NCBI GenBank assembly: GCA_033763315.1
Contig: JANRKS010000006.1
Span: 96,001-160,000 of the forward strand
From: Deltaproteobacteria bacterium
GTDB lineage: Bacteria; Myxococcota_A; Polyangia; Fen-1088
DNA length: 64,000 nucleotides
Direction: 5' to 3'
Part shown: positions 9,777 through 20,385 of the stretch, in pieces
Numbering within the stretch: the stretch's first letter is position 1
Layout: every line of letters starts with the position of its first letter
Translations under genes and position numbers: made by a program
Notes under the pieces: generated by a model
Told to the model about the DNA's origin: nothing
Databases searched by the model: none
Seen by the model: only the letters and a program-made list of their open reading frames with translations

Positions 9777-10187
9777 TCAGGCGTTTTGAGTGAGGCGCCT
9801 GTTTTCGATTTCGTTGCCGAAGATGTCCGTCCCGTTGGCTCCACTTGGTCGGCGGGCGGTTTGTCCCAACTGCGCCTCGAGTTCACTCTTTTCCTTTGCG
9901 AGGGTCATGAGTTCGAGTTCGAGGGCGGCCACTCGCTCCTCCAGGCTGCGCTGCGCTTGCGTTTGGCCCGCGGGCGATTGGGCCACCGCCGCGCGGGAAA
10001 TCCCCAGGGCTTTTTGCCAACGGTAAAGCAGCCCCACCGCCAGATCAAACCGACGCGATACCGACGAAAGAGTTTCGTTGGCACGAAACGCATCGATGAT
10101 GATGGCTCGTTTTTCTTCGTCCGAGAATCTGCGGCGACGTCCCGCCTCGAATGGTGGCACTGCCACTGAATATGTGACTTTCGACAT
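9777..10187 (-). CDS. orphan transposase-type HTH protein (HTH_Tnp_1; IS66 TnpA / IS3 OrfA-like) with coiled coil
   Basis: RRRRFSDEEKRAII..ETLSSVSRRFDL..LLYRWQK; AAGGAG upstream of ATG; no DDE transposase adjacent. Confidence 0.7.
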   Translation of the reverse strand: MSKVTYSVAVPPFEAGRRRRFSDEEKRAIIIDAFRANETLSSVSRRFDLAVGLLYRWQKALGISRAAVAQSPAGQTQAQRSLEERVAALELELMTLAKEKSELEAQLGQTARRPSGANGTDIFGNEIENRRLTQNA

Positions 10188-10252
10188 TTCGTTCGCTTCT
10201 CCTTTCTTCGGTGCTGTTGTGTTCTTTGAAAGCACGCGGTGATTGTCAACCT

Positions 10253-11713
10253 CTACGTCTTCATGAGGGGCAGCACGCCCGTGAGATCAAAATTTGCTGC
10301 AGATGGCCGCTTCGATACGAAGTCGCTCGCAGGGCTTCCAACAAGTTGGGTTTCAACTCCAAACACGTTTGCGACGCTTGTTAGCAGCTTGTTGTGCGCG
10401 GGTCCGATCTTGGCGCCGTTGGCGCTTCGAGGATTGGCGGTTGACTCGGCGTGCTTGACGTAGCGCCCAAGCGAAAAAGCATCGCCGCCGCCTGCCACCA
10501 CCGCCATGATGTCGTGAACTTCATGGGGGCCATTGGCCAGCTCACACAGCCACAGGCAGACCGTATCATCCAACAGCGTTCTGCCTGCATCCACAGTGAC
10601 TGCATTCAATTGGCCCAAGACCGTTGCGAAGTTGCTTGCAAGGTAAGCGTAGTAGCCAGCCATTTGGCCGTACTGCTTCGGTCGGTCGGGACTTGCACCA
10701 TGGGCGACATCGGCATGAAGGTCGGTGTGGATGTTGAGCGCTGTGACCAGTTCCCCGGATCCGGGCTGTCCCATTTGCAGAACCGCGACCCTTGTCATGT
10801 CGCAGGCAAAGGCGGCCGTGATGAGCCCACCAAAGTCCTTCGATACGTCAACCACAGTGCGTCCAGGAGCCGGCGCTGGAGCTGAGCTGGGGCGCTGGAC
10901 GCATTTGCCACCTTCAGCACTGCGGAAGGCCAAAGACCGCTCAAGATCGGACACCAGCGCAAAGTGATCCTCAAGTTTCTTTCGGTCGTCGGATGCCAGG
11001 CGTGCGGCGAACTTCTTATACTGTTGCGCAACGGCCGCTATCGCACTTGGCCTTCTTTGCTTCACAAGATCTAACGTTGCATCACCGGTTGCAGATACGG
11101 GGAACAGTTTGTCGTACGCTCGATCCGGTGCGGTTTCGGCTCGCTGTTCAATCTTTCCGCGGAACACAGGCGACCAGCCTCCCGTCGAAAAGTAAAAAGA
11201 GCGAATGCGATTGGGGTCGGCAATCTTATCGGCCACAAGCTGGTCGATGGATGATCCGCCGCCGGCGCCCTCCATTTTGAAACCACCAGGATAAACCATT
11301 TTCGCGCCCGTCAGCGCGTGCGAGGTGCCAGCGTTGTGATTGTTGGTGTTGACGTCGAGCAGCGCTGACGCCATCGAAAGACCTTCAACCACCAGCAGTT
11401 TGTCTCTAAGTGGGTACAACGGCTTTAATATTTGGCTCCACTTGTCTTCGGTCTGGCTCTTGAGCGAAAACGAAAGTTCTTGGCTGCGGTCGGGTTTTTC
11501 TTTTGTGTCAGACCAGGTGTGCGGGCCCGCTGGCCGCATTTGCCAGCGCTGGTTCACCGGCCCGTGCGGTGTATAGAACACCAAAAGGCGCTTTGGTGTT
11601 GTTGCAGCGCGGGCAAACCTGCGGCCCGCCAGTGAGGGCAAGAACAACGACGAGGCCGTCAACCCCATGGCATTGAGCAATTGACGTCGAGCTAAGGTGC
11701 TTTGCATGGTCAT
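10253..11713 (-). CDS. DUF1552 family Tat-exported protein
   Basis: ARRQLL..LFLPSL; NNHNAG; SIDQLVA; AFACDMTRVA; LHADVAH; LLDDTVCLWLCE..PH. Confidence 0.85.
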   Translation of the reverse strand: MTMQSTLARRQLLNAMGLTASSLFLPSLAGRRFARAATTPKRLLVFYTPHGPVNQRWQMRPAGPHTWSDTKEKPDRSQELSFSLKSQTEDKWSQILKPLYPLRDKLLVVEGLSMASALLDVNTNNHNAGTSHALTGAKMVYPGGFKMEGAGGGSSIDQLVADKIADPNRIRSFYFSTGGWSPVFRGKIEQRAETAPDRAYDKLFPVSATGDATLDLVKQRRPSAIAAVAQQYKKFAARLASDDRKKLEDHFALVSDLERSLAFRSAEGGKCVQRPSSAPAPAPGRTVVDVSKDFGGLITAAFACDMTRVAVLQMGQPGSGELVTALNIHTDLHADVAHGASPDRPKQYGQMAGYYAYLASNFATVLGQLNAVTVDAGRTLLDDTVCLWLCELANGPHEVHDIMAVVAGGGDAFSLGRYVKHAESTANPRSANGAKIGPAHNKLLTSVANVFGVETQLVGSPASDFVSKRPSAANFDLTGVLPLMKT

Positions 11714-11728
11714 GATCGTCCTTTGCGG

Positions 11729-13579
11729 CTAGGGCGCGGGCCGCCAAACAAAGTCAGGGCTCGTCACGAAACCCACAAGCGCCTCTCGCAGATCCCCCTT
11801 CTTCTCGAGAAGAAGTTGATCGAGTGCCTTGAGCCTGCATGAATCGATACCTTCATCTTCAACAGTTCCTTCTGCGTCTCGTCCCGTGGCGTACTCATAA
11901 AGATGCTTCATCATGCAGTGACGAACTGTTTCGCTGCTCGCCAACTTTGCCGAGAGCTCAACGGCGCCATTGAATTTTCCATCGACATCGGTATCGAAAA
12001 GCTCGCCGTTCGCATTCACGGGTCTGCCTTTATCAAGCGTGCGGTATCCGCCCACTTCGTTGTAGTTCTCGAATCCAAAGCCGATGCCATCCAATGACTT
12101 GTGGCAGACGGGGCAATCGCTTCGAGCCTTAACGTTGGCCTCGAATAGTTCGCGGTTGGTGGGCCCTGCAGGGGGAGGTGGCGCCACGCTAAGTGCGTCG
12201 GCCGGCGGCGGCGGGAAGGTTGAGCAGAGAAGCTTCTCGATGACGAACGCCCCCCGCAAAGGAGGCGAGGGCGTGTCGAAGCGTGAGTAGGTCCAATTGA
12301 AGAGGGCCCGCGTCAGGTAGCCGGATCTCTGTTGCGCATCCAACGCAATGTCCTTAACCGTTTTATCGAGGGCAGCGTCGAGCTTCTCGTCAAGGGGAAC
12401 GCCCGGCCCGTAAAGCGTTGCCAGATACCCATTGCCGCGGCTTTTGCGGCTCGTCAGCAGGGTCTCGATGCTTGCGTCGCCGTCTGTCATCAGCCATTCA
12501 ACAAACCACTGCATTTCGTCGCGCGCGGCCGTTCTGTAGGCGCTTGGAACCGAGTGGCCTGCCGCCAATGAGGGGAATCCCGGCCGCCTTCTATAGGTTT
12601 CGGAGAAGATGCGATCGAAGTCGCCCCACTGGCGGAAGAATTCAACCGCCATAAATACGAAGCGCTTATCGCTGAGCATGCGGCGTGCCTGCGTCTCAAG
12701 GGTCTTCGTGTCCAGAAGATCACCAGATTTTGCCGCAGCCATGAGTTCCTCGTCCGGTGACGATGACCAAAGCAGGTACGACAACCGCGATGCCAGCTCG
12801 AAGGCGGTTAATTTAACGGCGCCCTTGTCAAGCGTGCCGCTGTCACCTATCTCGGCGCGATACAAGAACTGAGGAGCCTGCAGGAACGCTTCGAGGGTGA
12901 GCACCACGGCCACGTCGAACGTATTTGCTTTGAGCTCTTGCTCGAACAGGCCGACGAAATCGGTTTTCTCCTCGGCGGTCAAAGGCCGTCGAAAGGCGCG
13001 CTCACCGAATTGTTCTACGAACCGAGTTCCACAAGCGAGATCTTGTGTGTCGCAGGGAAGAAATGCATCACCTGCTCCCTGCTTCCGTGTTCGCCACACA
13101 TGCTCGGCCACCAACGCCGCCACATCATTGAATCGATCAATGTGAAGCGAAGTTGGGTTCATGTTTTTTGCGCGGTTCGCGAACCCATGCGACAGCACGT
13201 CCTCAGCCGGCTCCTGAAAAAGGTTTACCCTTCGAGCGCTGGCTTGCCCTGCACGCTGGAAGTTCATGGCGTGGTTGTCCAAACGCCACACACCATCGGC
13301 GTCGGGAGGAAACGTTTTTGGAAACAGAGCGCGGATGGACCCGGCGTATTCAAGGCGCGACAACCGTCGCAGCGGCGCGGGAGCCACTGGCCCACAAGCG
13401 CCGGGGGCTTGGACGCTCTGGCCTCCTGTGCCCCCATCATTTTTTTCCCCGCCCGCTCCGCCTGTCGATGACGTACCACCGCCCCCATCTCCCCCATCGC
13501 CGGAGTCGCCATCACCGCGATTCGTGCAAGCCATTGGCGCCAACAACATGGCAGCCGAGGCAGATGCCATAAGGCCCAT
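11729..13579 (-). CDS. DUF1592/DUF1588-family CxxCH lipoprotein
   Basis: PMAC lipobox plus Gly linker; LRRLSRLEY; APQFLYRAE; ELASRLSYLLWSSSPD; SPPLRG; CPVCH; GFGFENY. Confidence 0.85.
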   Translation of the reverse strand: MGLMASASAAMLLAPMACTNRGDGDSGDGGDGGGGTSSTGGAGGEKNDGGTGGQSVQAPGACGPVAPAPLRRLSRLEYAGSIRALFPKTFPPDADGVWRLDNHAMNFQRAGQASARRVNLFQEPAEDVLSHGFANRAKNMNPTSLHIDRFNDVAALVAEHVWRTRKQGAGDAFLPCDTQDLACGTRFVEQFGERAFRRPLTAEEKTDFVGLFEQELKANTFDVAVVLTLEAFLQAPQFLYRAEIGDSGTLDKGAVKLTAFELASRLSYLLWSSSPDEELMAAAKSGDLLDTKTLETQARRMLSDKRFVFMAVEFFRQWGDFDRIFSETYRRRPGFPSLAAGHSVPSAYRTAARDEMQWFVEWLMTDGDASIETLLTSRKSRGNGYLATLYGPGVPLDEKLDAALDKTVKDIALDAQQRSGYLTRALFNWTYSRFDTPSPPLRGAFVIEKLLCSTFPPPPADALSVAPPPPAGPTNRELFEANVKARSDCPVCHKSLDGIGFGFENYNEVGGYRTLDKGRPVNANGELFDTDVDGKFNGAVELSAKLASSETVRHCMMKHLYEYATGRDAEGTVEDEGIDSCRLKALDQLLLEKKGDLREALVGFVTSPDFVWRPAP

Positions 13580-13661
13580 ACGTACGACGTAAGTGATTCG
13601 TGGTGTCCGCAAAGTTAGACCTTCCGTGACCAAAGCGTGGCCCAACCCGAAACCGGCGTCA

Positions 13662-13677
13662 GTTGACGATCGTCTAG
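13662..13677. promoter_or_regulatory. palindromic operator (one core mismatch)
   Basis: GTTGACGATCGTCTAG between the GH106-like stop and the DUF1592 start. Confidence 0.65.
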
Positions 13678-13691
13678 TCAACAACGAGATG

Positions 13692-16559
13692 TCAGCGGGA
13701 CACCGCCAGCGTCACCGGCCCCATCAGTCCGGCCGGAGCGCGGGGCTCCCGCCGATCCCGTTCGAAGGCCTTGATCCCTTCGTCATAATCACGACGCCTC
13801 TCGCCCCAACGCGAGCTCACAGCGGTAGGCACGGGGGTCTCCGCATCGCTCATGGCGCCTACAGCGTTGGCCAACCCGTTGGTCACCAACACACGCAGGC
13901 GAGTGGACGTTCGCCGCAGTTGCGGTGTTAGGTCGATTCGATACGGAGATGTCCAAAGTGTTCCTACCTTGAGACCGTCGAGAAAGACCTCGGCTACGTC
14001 GGCGACCACCCCCAGATCGAGCTGAACAGCGGCCCGGCCATCCCAGCCCGAAAGATAGGGCCCCAAGGGAACCTCGTACTCGCCCTGTCCGCAATGAGCG
14101 TGATGCGCGCTCATTGTGTGCCACCCGACGAGACTGGGCAGTTCATGCGTTGTGCCCTCAAGGTGCAGCTGCCAGGGACCATTTATCTTGCTGACGATTG
14201 GCGCGCCCTTCGCGGCTGCTGGCCGGGGCGAAAGTCTTCGATCCGAGGACACAACGAAGATCGATTGCCACGGCCCGAGGCAGAGGCTGATGGATGTGTT
14301 CGTTGTCGTCGACGTCGGCACGCTCATTCGCGTACGCGCCACGGGGTCCCAGGCCTCCAAGTTGGGCACGCGATCTCGCAGCCGGACTTGCTGTTGAAGT
14401 TCGCGGTCACTCATGTTTGCGAAGAAGAAAACATGTCGGCTGTCCGTAACCCGGTGTGCCCAAGCCAACCCCTCGCCGGGCGTCGTGTCGCGCACGGTTT
14501 CGACGTCGGGCGGAACATGGGACCTGAGTGCCGCAACAAGACTGTCTGCGCCAGGCAATGAGAATGCGTCAACGGCTGGCTTGCCCCACGGTGCAGGTTC
14601 CGAGTGCCACGGCAGTTTGAAGTCGGGCAGCAAAACGCCGGCTCCTCCGTTTCCCCAAATCTGCTCACACAGCGCTGCAGTTTGGGCGCGGGTTGATTCG
14701 TCGATGGCGAATCCAGGCTGGCATTGTGGCAGCTGGCCAAGCGCCACCACCAATCCTCCTCCACGCACAAAATCGGCAAGGCGCTGCAGGGTCTTTAGCG
14801 GAATCACCTCGATGTCGGGCAGTATCACGGCCTTGTGGCGCAGTCCTGCCACATGCAGCGCCCCCGTGCGCACGACGGCACGCGTCTGCAACACATCATC
14901 GTTGATGATCTCGAAGTCGTACCCGGAGCGCACCAGCAGATTGCCAAGGCCTCGGTAATTTATGAACCTGCGCTCAGTGTTCCAAACAGCCCTCCGGCTC
15001 CATCGCGTTGCATGCGGCGAATAGATGGCGATGTCCGAAACCGGTTGTCCTTGTCGCAACAGGAAACACGCGCTGGCCGTGTAGTCCGCCAAGTGTTTGT
15101 AATAACGCCACCAGGGCGACCTGGGGTTGATGGCGTTGCCCCAGGGCATATCCCTCGCCGGAGCAATCGTCGTTTCGGCGGACGCCAGGTATCCGTGGTT
15201 GTACAACTGTGTGATGCCATCACGCAAAAAGGCGTCCGTGGCGATCTTCATTTCTTGGAGCGTGGCGCTGTACCTCGTCTTGTGAAGAAATGTGAAGGCC
15301 TCGGCGGAAACATGATCCCGTCCGTAGTACCTGGCGCCCGAGACAATGGCTTTCCTCGGATCTTCAACGGTCTCATACCGCGCCGTCGTCACTTCGGCCT
15401 CGGGGCGCTCGACCGTTCCTGCCCCTTGCACAATCTCTTCCGTGAAGCGGTACTGGGGCTGCATGCGGGCTTGAACTTTGATGCGCCTGCACAAGGTGTC
15501 GAATGTTGCCATGACGGCAAGTCCCCGTTCGTGAAGAACGCGATTCACCTCGTAACGCACCTGTCGAACCAAATCGCCCTCGCCAACCCATAGCGCTGGC
15601 AAAAGGGGCCTAAGATCCTTGCCGGTCGATGCCAAGAAGGCGTCACAGATGTCGTTTGTCCACATGATGCCGTCGGGCAGCGGCACGACCTCAAAGCTGT
15701 CACAAAAAAAGGAATCAACCGTTCGCCCGAGTTCGGACCCGAAAGCGTGTGCAAGTTTTTGTGATACGAAACTAAAATAGCGCGAAACTGCGGCTGGATT
15801 CAGGTGGTCGACCACCCATTGCCGCTCGGAAAAGTTTTGCGCGCTGTTTTGCTGGCCCGTGTAGCGAAGCCAGAACCCAAAAATTCGCCAATGTCCACTC
15901 GGCACAAGCCAAGGCTTAAGTCGCCCATCGTCATCCGTGGGCAACAGCTGCGCTTGCGCGACCACCTCTGCGCCATTCTGCAGCGGCACCGCCACCGCAG
16001 CGACCGGGGTGTTCTCGTCCGGAGCCGTTGACGTGAAAGTTGGATCAACCTCGAAGTGAATGAGCTTTGCCGCGCGCGGCTGGAAGGGAGGCAACGGTCC
16101 AGAGAACATTGAGCCTCCGACAACGTCAATGTGCGTGTGAACCAGGCATTTACTTCTGTCCGTCTCGCGGACCCAAGGGCCACCAAAGCTCCACCCGGAT
16201 CCAAAGGTGATGGACACATTCATGCCCAATCTTCGCCCTTCTTTTACTGTGTGCTTTAGAAGCTCAATGTGCTCCCCCGACAGAAATTCGGGGCCGGGCG
16301 TCTTGTAGAAGTTCCACGTGGACATGACCTCTACGCCGCCCAAGCCTTGTTTGTTCATGTCGGCTAATTCTGCCGTGATTTGAGCTTTGGTCACCGCGTT
16401 GCCCGGCCACCACCACCTTGTGCGTGGCCGGTAGGTGCGGTCCGGCTTCGCGAAGCCTTCCCAAAGTCGGTCGGGAGGAGAACAGCCGTACACGCGCCAC
16501 GTAGGGAATAAAGCGGCTCCAGTGGCGCCAAAGACGAACTGCCTTCGATTCGTCAGCAT
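13692..16559 (-). CDS. Tat-exported glycoside hydrolase, GH106 (alpha-L-rhamnosidase)-like
   Basis: NRRQFV; RPRTRWWWPGN; GLGGVEV; GSGWSFGGPWV; FCDSFE; SAEAFT; C-terminal LDLGVVADVAEV..GLMGPV. Confidence 0.8.
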   Translation of the reverse strand: MLTNRRQFVFGATGAALFPTWRVYGCSPPDRLWEGFAKPDRTYRPRTRWWWPGNAVTKAQITAELADMNKQGLGGVEVMSTWNFYKTPGPEFLSGEHIELLKHTVKEGRRLGMNVSITFGSGWSFGGPWVRETDRSKCLVHTHIDVVGGSMFSGPLPPFQPRAAKLIHFEVDPTFTSTAPDENTPVAAVAVPLQNGAEVVAQAQLLPTDDDGRLKPWLVPSGHWRIFGFWLRYTGQQNSAQNFSERQWVVDHLNPAAVSRYFSFVSQKLAHAFGSELGRTVDSFFCDSFEVVPLPDGIMWTNDICDAFLASTGKDLRPLLPALWVGEGDLVRQVRYEVNRVLHERGLAVMATFDTLCRRIKVQARMQPQYRFTEEIVQGAGTVERPEAEVTTARYETVEDPRKAIVSGARYYGRDHVSAEAFTFLHKTRYSATLQEMKIATDAFLRDGITQLYNHGYLASAETTIAPARDMPWGNAINPRSPWWRYYKHLADYTASACFLLRQGQPVSDIAIYSPHATRWSRRAVWNTERRFINYRGLGNLLVRSGYDFEIINDDVLQTRAVVRTGALHVAGLRHKAVILPDIEVIPLKTLQRLADFVRGGGLVVALGQLPQCQPGFAIDESTRAQTAALCEQIWGNGGAGVLLPDFKLPWHSEPAPWGKPAVDAFSLPGADSLVAALRSHVPPDVETVRDTTPGEGLAWAHRVTDSRHVFFFANMSDRELQQQVRLRDRVPNLEAWDPVARTRMSVPTSTTTNTSISLCLGPWQSIFVVSSDRRLSPRPAAAKGAPIVSKINGPWQLHLEGTTHELPSLVGWHTMSAHHAHCGQGEYEVPLGPYLSGWDGRAAVQLDLGVVADVAEVFLDGLKVGTLWTSPYRIDLTPQLRRTSTRLRVLVTNGLANAVGAMSDAETPVPTAVSSRWGERRRDYDEGIKAFERDRREPRAPAGLMGPVTLAVSR

Positions 16560-16611
16560 GTCACTGAGCTTTCGCTCACTCGAATCGTACGTTCGGAGCG
16601 CTTCGGCATCA

Positions 16612-18009
16612 TCAGTTTGCGCAGGTTAGATCCTTGAAGATCCAGCGCAGCTGATGCGGCAGGGCTGTTGCCGTCCACACCTCATCCAAATGAATGCCCT
16701 TGTCGATCACGAAGAGTTGGTGATGCATGTTCTTGGCCTTGAGAGCTTGGGCAACCTCGATGTTCGTTTTCAGCCAGTTTGCTCCGCAGCCAGACGCATC
16801 CACGCTGCCTTTGCCAGCGCTTGAACCACAGCCTGCGGCGGTGCGTTCGCCGACGCTTCCGAAGATATCACAGGTGCCGACTGTGGCCGACCATCGAACG
16901 TTGCGTGCCGGGCAAAAGGCAATCGTGCGCTGGTAGCGGGTGTTTTTGATGGCACAACCGGGATCGGTCGAGGGGCACCAATCTTTGCCTAGACACGTGA
17001 AGCAGACTTGGCTTGGGCTACCCCCGATGCCCCGAGATACCACATCCGATCCCATCCACATCGTGTCGAATGCATTGGCGCCCGCTGTGCTTTGCCCCGC
17101 AATCACACGGTAGTTCGGATCATTCGAAATCTTGGGCCACTTCGCTTGTAACGCCGCAATGATCGTGCGCAGCTGCGGCACACGCTCTTGCGCGTTCAGG
17201 TCGTCAGGCAGAAACACCGCGATCGTGTAGGGAATCTCATTTTTCTTCACGAGAAACTCATGAACGTTTTCGATCTTGAAGCGGCTGTTCGAGGCTGATC
17301 CCAAAACGTCTGTCCAAATGCTTAGCGCGACCTTGTTCTCGGCTGCCGCCTTATAGCCGTCGGGACCTCCCGGCAAATACACACGCCCCACGCCCTGGGG
17401 TAAGTCGGTTGTGATGGTCCCGCCCGCCGTCAATGGCTCTGCATACGCCAAAGGGATCATGGCGCCTTTGGGGATCGTTGTGTTGTCGCCCTCTTTGGTG
17501 CCGAAAATGCCATCCTGCACATACTTCTCACCGCAAAAGCCCGTGGTCTTGAGCTGTGGGTTCTGCAAAAGTGGTGCGGCATCTTTCGGTCCGCAGTGTT
17601 CCATGTTGGGCCAATCGGGACGGAACCAACACTTGGGCTCTCTGTGGAGGCAAGTTTCGAGCGACATGTTCTCAACACAATCAGGCAGATTGGCGCTGTA
17701 GGGTTTGGGCTCAGGTGGTGTGCCTGCGCTGCCTCCGGTCGTCATCCCGCCTATCGGGGATCCACCGCTGCCGCCCGTGGTACCACCGCCGGTGTTGCTG
17801 CCACCGCTGCCGCCCGCGGCTTTGCCGGCTGTGCCGGCTGTTGAGGCGCCGCCCGTACCCGTCTTGCCGCCGCTGCCCCCGTTGTTCTCCGGTTCACCAG
17901 CGTTGCCTCCCTTGTTGTCGTCGGTGCCACCGCTCGAACCGGCACACGCCATTGCCAAACTGTAACCAAGAACAACAGAAGCTACATAGAATCGATTCGT
18001 GGTTTTCAT
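16612..18009 (-). CDS. Cys-rich lipoprotein with alpha/beta-hydrolase (putative esterase) domain
   Basis: LAMAC plus Gly linker; ISNDPNYRVIAGQSTAGANAF nucleophile-elbow region; late His (GIH). Confidence 0.55.
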   Translation of the reverse strand: MKTTNRFYVASVVLGYSLAMACAGSSGGTDDNKGGNAGEPENNGGSGGKTGTGGASTAGTAGKAAGGSGGSNTGGGTTGGSGGSPIGGMTTGGSAGTPPEPKPYSANLPDCVENMSLETCLHREPKCWFRPDWPNMEHCGPKDAAPLLQNPQLKTTGFCGEKYVQDGIFGTKEGDNTTIPKGAMIPLAYAEPLTAGGTITTDLPQGVGRVYLPGGPDGYKAAAENKVALSIWTDVLGSASNSRFKIENVHEFLVKKNEIPYTIAVFLPDDLNAQERVPQLRTIIAALQAKWPKISNDPNYRVIAGQSTAGANAFDTMWMGSDVVSRGIGGSPSQVCFTCLGKDWCPSTDPGCAIKNTRYQRTIAFCPARNVRWSATVGTCDIFGSVGERTAAGCGSSAGKGSVDASGCGANWLKTNIEVAQALKAKNMHHQLFVIDKGIHLDEVWTATALPHQLRWIFKDLTCAN

Positions 18010-18022
18010 AGGGGCTCCAAAG

Positions 18023-20287
18023 TTACGGTTCGATAACGGTCATGACGGGGAAGGTGGCATGAACAACATTGTTTGCGTCAGTGACGTGCGCGATGAAGTT
18101 GTGGGCGCCTGCGCTTAAGTTGGAAAAGGTGTGCTGGGCAGCCGCGCCCGCTTGCACGGTCGCCAGTGGCGTCATCGGTGCCGTGGCCGAGGCGTCAAAG
18201 AAGTCGATCTTCTTCCACCCGTCTAGGCTTGCGTCCATCGCCAGAATCATCGTTCGGCTATCACCCGCTTTCCCGTGTTTGGGAGCCTCCTTCCACCACA
18301 CCTTCTTGGGCACAAAGCGAAGTTTTCCACCTTCGAGCAAAATGGGGCCCGAGCCTTCCAATGACTGCCGGTAGTAGTCGAATGCCTGCCAAACCAAAGC
18401 CGTTGCTTTGCCAAACACAAAGTCCGGCTGAGGCGTCGTGAAAACGGTCGCCGCAGAAGCGGGGGGCGCCGGGAATTGGGTGAAAGGTGACAGGGTCGAC
18501 ATCGTGCTGGTTGTGGTGATGCTAGAGAACGGGCTTGAGCCAAGATGACCACCGCTTCGATCCACGGGCTTAAGCGGCAGCTTGCCGTCGTTGTTGTTCG
18601 TTCGCAGCTTGATGAGCTCTTGCAAGAACGATAGGTAAAGCGTCCACGAGTCAACGACGGCGTGTGTTTGCATGCCGTGGATGGTCATGGTCCAAAGGGC
18701 TCCCGTGATCTCGGTCTTCGTTTGATCTTGCAGATAAGGATAAAATCGTTGCGGTCCCCACATGCCGGATACAGCGCCCGCCATGCGATCGGCGAACCGT
18801 GACGCGACGACAGACGTATAGATGATCAGCCCAGGGATCGAACGTCCCACGTCAGATACCGGATAAAGCTCGAAGGTCTCTTCAAGACCTTGGTTTACGT
18901 CACCGCCAAACCGTGGCTTGTCTGCGACGAAACCGATGAGTCGCTTGTTAAACGTCTCATCGGAGAGGGCTTGATAGGCGAGCGTGTCGAGAAGGGAGTG
19001 AATGAAGACGGGAACCGTTTTGAGCTCCTGACGCCCCGTCTTCGCGACCAGCTTGTCCAAATCCGCTTGGAAGAACATGCCGAACTCTTTGAGGTTTGAA
19101 CGCACGCCACCCACCAAAGCCCAGCCCCACGTTTGGGCGAAGTGGCGCAAGTGTTTGAACATGGCGGTGTCAACATCTCCGGTGGCGGCGTTGCGAACCA
19201 ACCCGGGCTCGCTGATAAGAAGGCCCTTAATTGGCTTGCCCTCCATGCCCTTCGGGATCCAGATGTGAATCGGCGCGCCCTCCACAGAGATCACACCTGG
19301 ATCAGGAAGGGCCTCGGCTTGCTTGATTTGAACTTCGTCAACGAACAGATCCGCTTCAGCGTTCGCGGCCAACCCGAAAGACACTTCGCCCGTGGTATGC
19401 GCCACGTTGACCCAGTCCTGCCTCACGCCGTCAACGATGGCACCGTCCTTGTCGATCATTTCGGCCCATGCCGAGATCGCTTTGGACGCCGTGTTGACGA
19501 CGACCGTGACCTTGATCGTTTGAGGTTTGTCGGACGAATCGAAGGCCGTCCATGCATATGATTCTCGGCGCGGTCCCGCGCACAAGGGCTCATCGAAGCA
19601 GGTTTGGCTTTCGGCGGGACCGAGGTCAGTGAGCAAACAGCGGTCGTAGAACCAAAACGCGTCGACGTCCGAAATGCCTGCGGGGCCGTCGCGTCCTTTG
19701 TTCGGGGAGAAACGAATCACTTGACCGTCGTTTCTGTTTTGATCCGACGCAAAGCCAAACCACAGGGCGGGCGCTCGCGACGACCGAAAGGTAACGGATG
19801 CAGTGAACGACTCAAATGTATCCGTGGGCGTCTTGTCCGGCTCAGAATCGAATGTCAGCACCGCGCGTTTGCCCGCGGGCACTTTGATGGCGCCAGCCTC
19901 CTGCACCACGCTCCCCATTTGCGCTGTCACCGCGAACTTGGACGCAAGGTCAGTTGCGGTGTCGAAGGTCACTTTAATTGGAAGTGACGCCGTGGGGGCG
20001 GCGTCCGCATCTGTCACAGGACCGGGACGCGTGGTGTCCCTCGTGACGTTCTTGCATGCCGTGGTCGGCATCGGTTGCCCCGCTTGCCCACCCGCGGGTG
20101 GCATCGCGCCAGCGCCCGAAGCGCCGCCTGCGGCTGGGGCCACTCCCGCCGCGCCGCCCATGCCGCCCGTTGCGCCCCCCGAGCCGCCATCGCCATCGTC
20201 AGGTGTAGAACTGGATTTGCAACCGCTTGCGAACGTGGCGCTCGTTAGCAGACACAATATGGCCAAACAACTAAGCCGTGAGTGCAT
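18023..20287 (-). CDS. large hypothetical lipoprotein (beta-sandwich, hydrolase-like core, C-terminal Ig-like)
   Basis: ASGC lipobox, Gly/Ala linker; C-terminal KIDFFD..NLSAGAHNFIAHVTD resembles an Ig-like domain. Confidence 0.55.
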   Translation of the reverse strand: MHSRLSCLAILCLLTSATFASGCKSSSTPDDGDGGSGGATGGMGGAAGVAPAAGGASGAGAMPPAGGQAGQPMPTTACKNVTRDTTRPGPVTDADAAPTASLPIKVTFDTATDLASKFAVTAQMGSVVQEAGAIKVPAGKRAVLTFDSEPDKTPTDTFESFTASVTFRSSRAPALWFGFASDQNRNDGQVIRFSPNKGRDGPAGISDVDAFWFYDRCLLTDLGPAESQTCFDEPLCAGPRRESYAWTAFDSSDKPQTIKVTVVVNTASKAISAWAEMIDKDGAIVDGVRQDWVNVAHTTGEVSFGLAANAEADLFVDEVQIKQAEALPDPGVISVEGAPIHIWIPKGMEGKPIKGLLISEPGLVRNAATGDVDTAMFKHLRHFAQTWGWALVGGVRSNLKEFGMFFQADLDKLVAKTGRQELKTVPVFIHSLLDTLAYQALSDETFNKRLIGFVADKPRFGGDVNQGLEETFELYPVSDVGRSIPGLIIYTSVVASRFADRMAGAVSGMWGPQRFYPYLQDQTKTEITGALWTMTIHGMQTHAVVDSWTLYLSFLQELIKLRTNNNDGKLPLKPVDRSGGHLGSSPFSSITTTSTMSTLSPFTQFPAPPASAATVFTTPQPDFVFGKATALVWQAFDYYRQSLEGSGPILLEGGKLRFVPKKVWWKEAPKHGKAGDSRTMILAMDASLDGWKKIDFFDASATAPMTPLATVQAGAAAQHTFSNLSAGAHNFIAHVTDANNVVHATFPVMTVIEP

Positions 20288-20385
20288 CGTAAGTGTTCCC
20301 CTCGAGAAGACTGGAAGTCGGGCCGTGCGCCGTCTAGTGAGGCTAGACTGAAACTTGAGACGCCGCTTTGGCGCGGGCCGCTTCA

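Noticed and set aside
9764-10252. Complete IS66 or IS3 element
   Set aside because: No catalytic transposase, terminal inverted repeats or target duplication seen.
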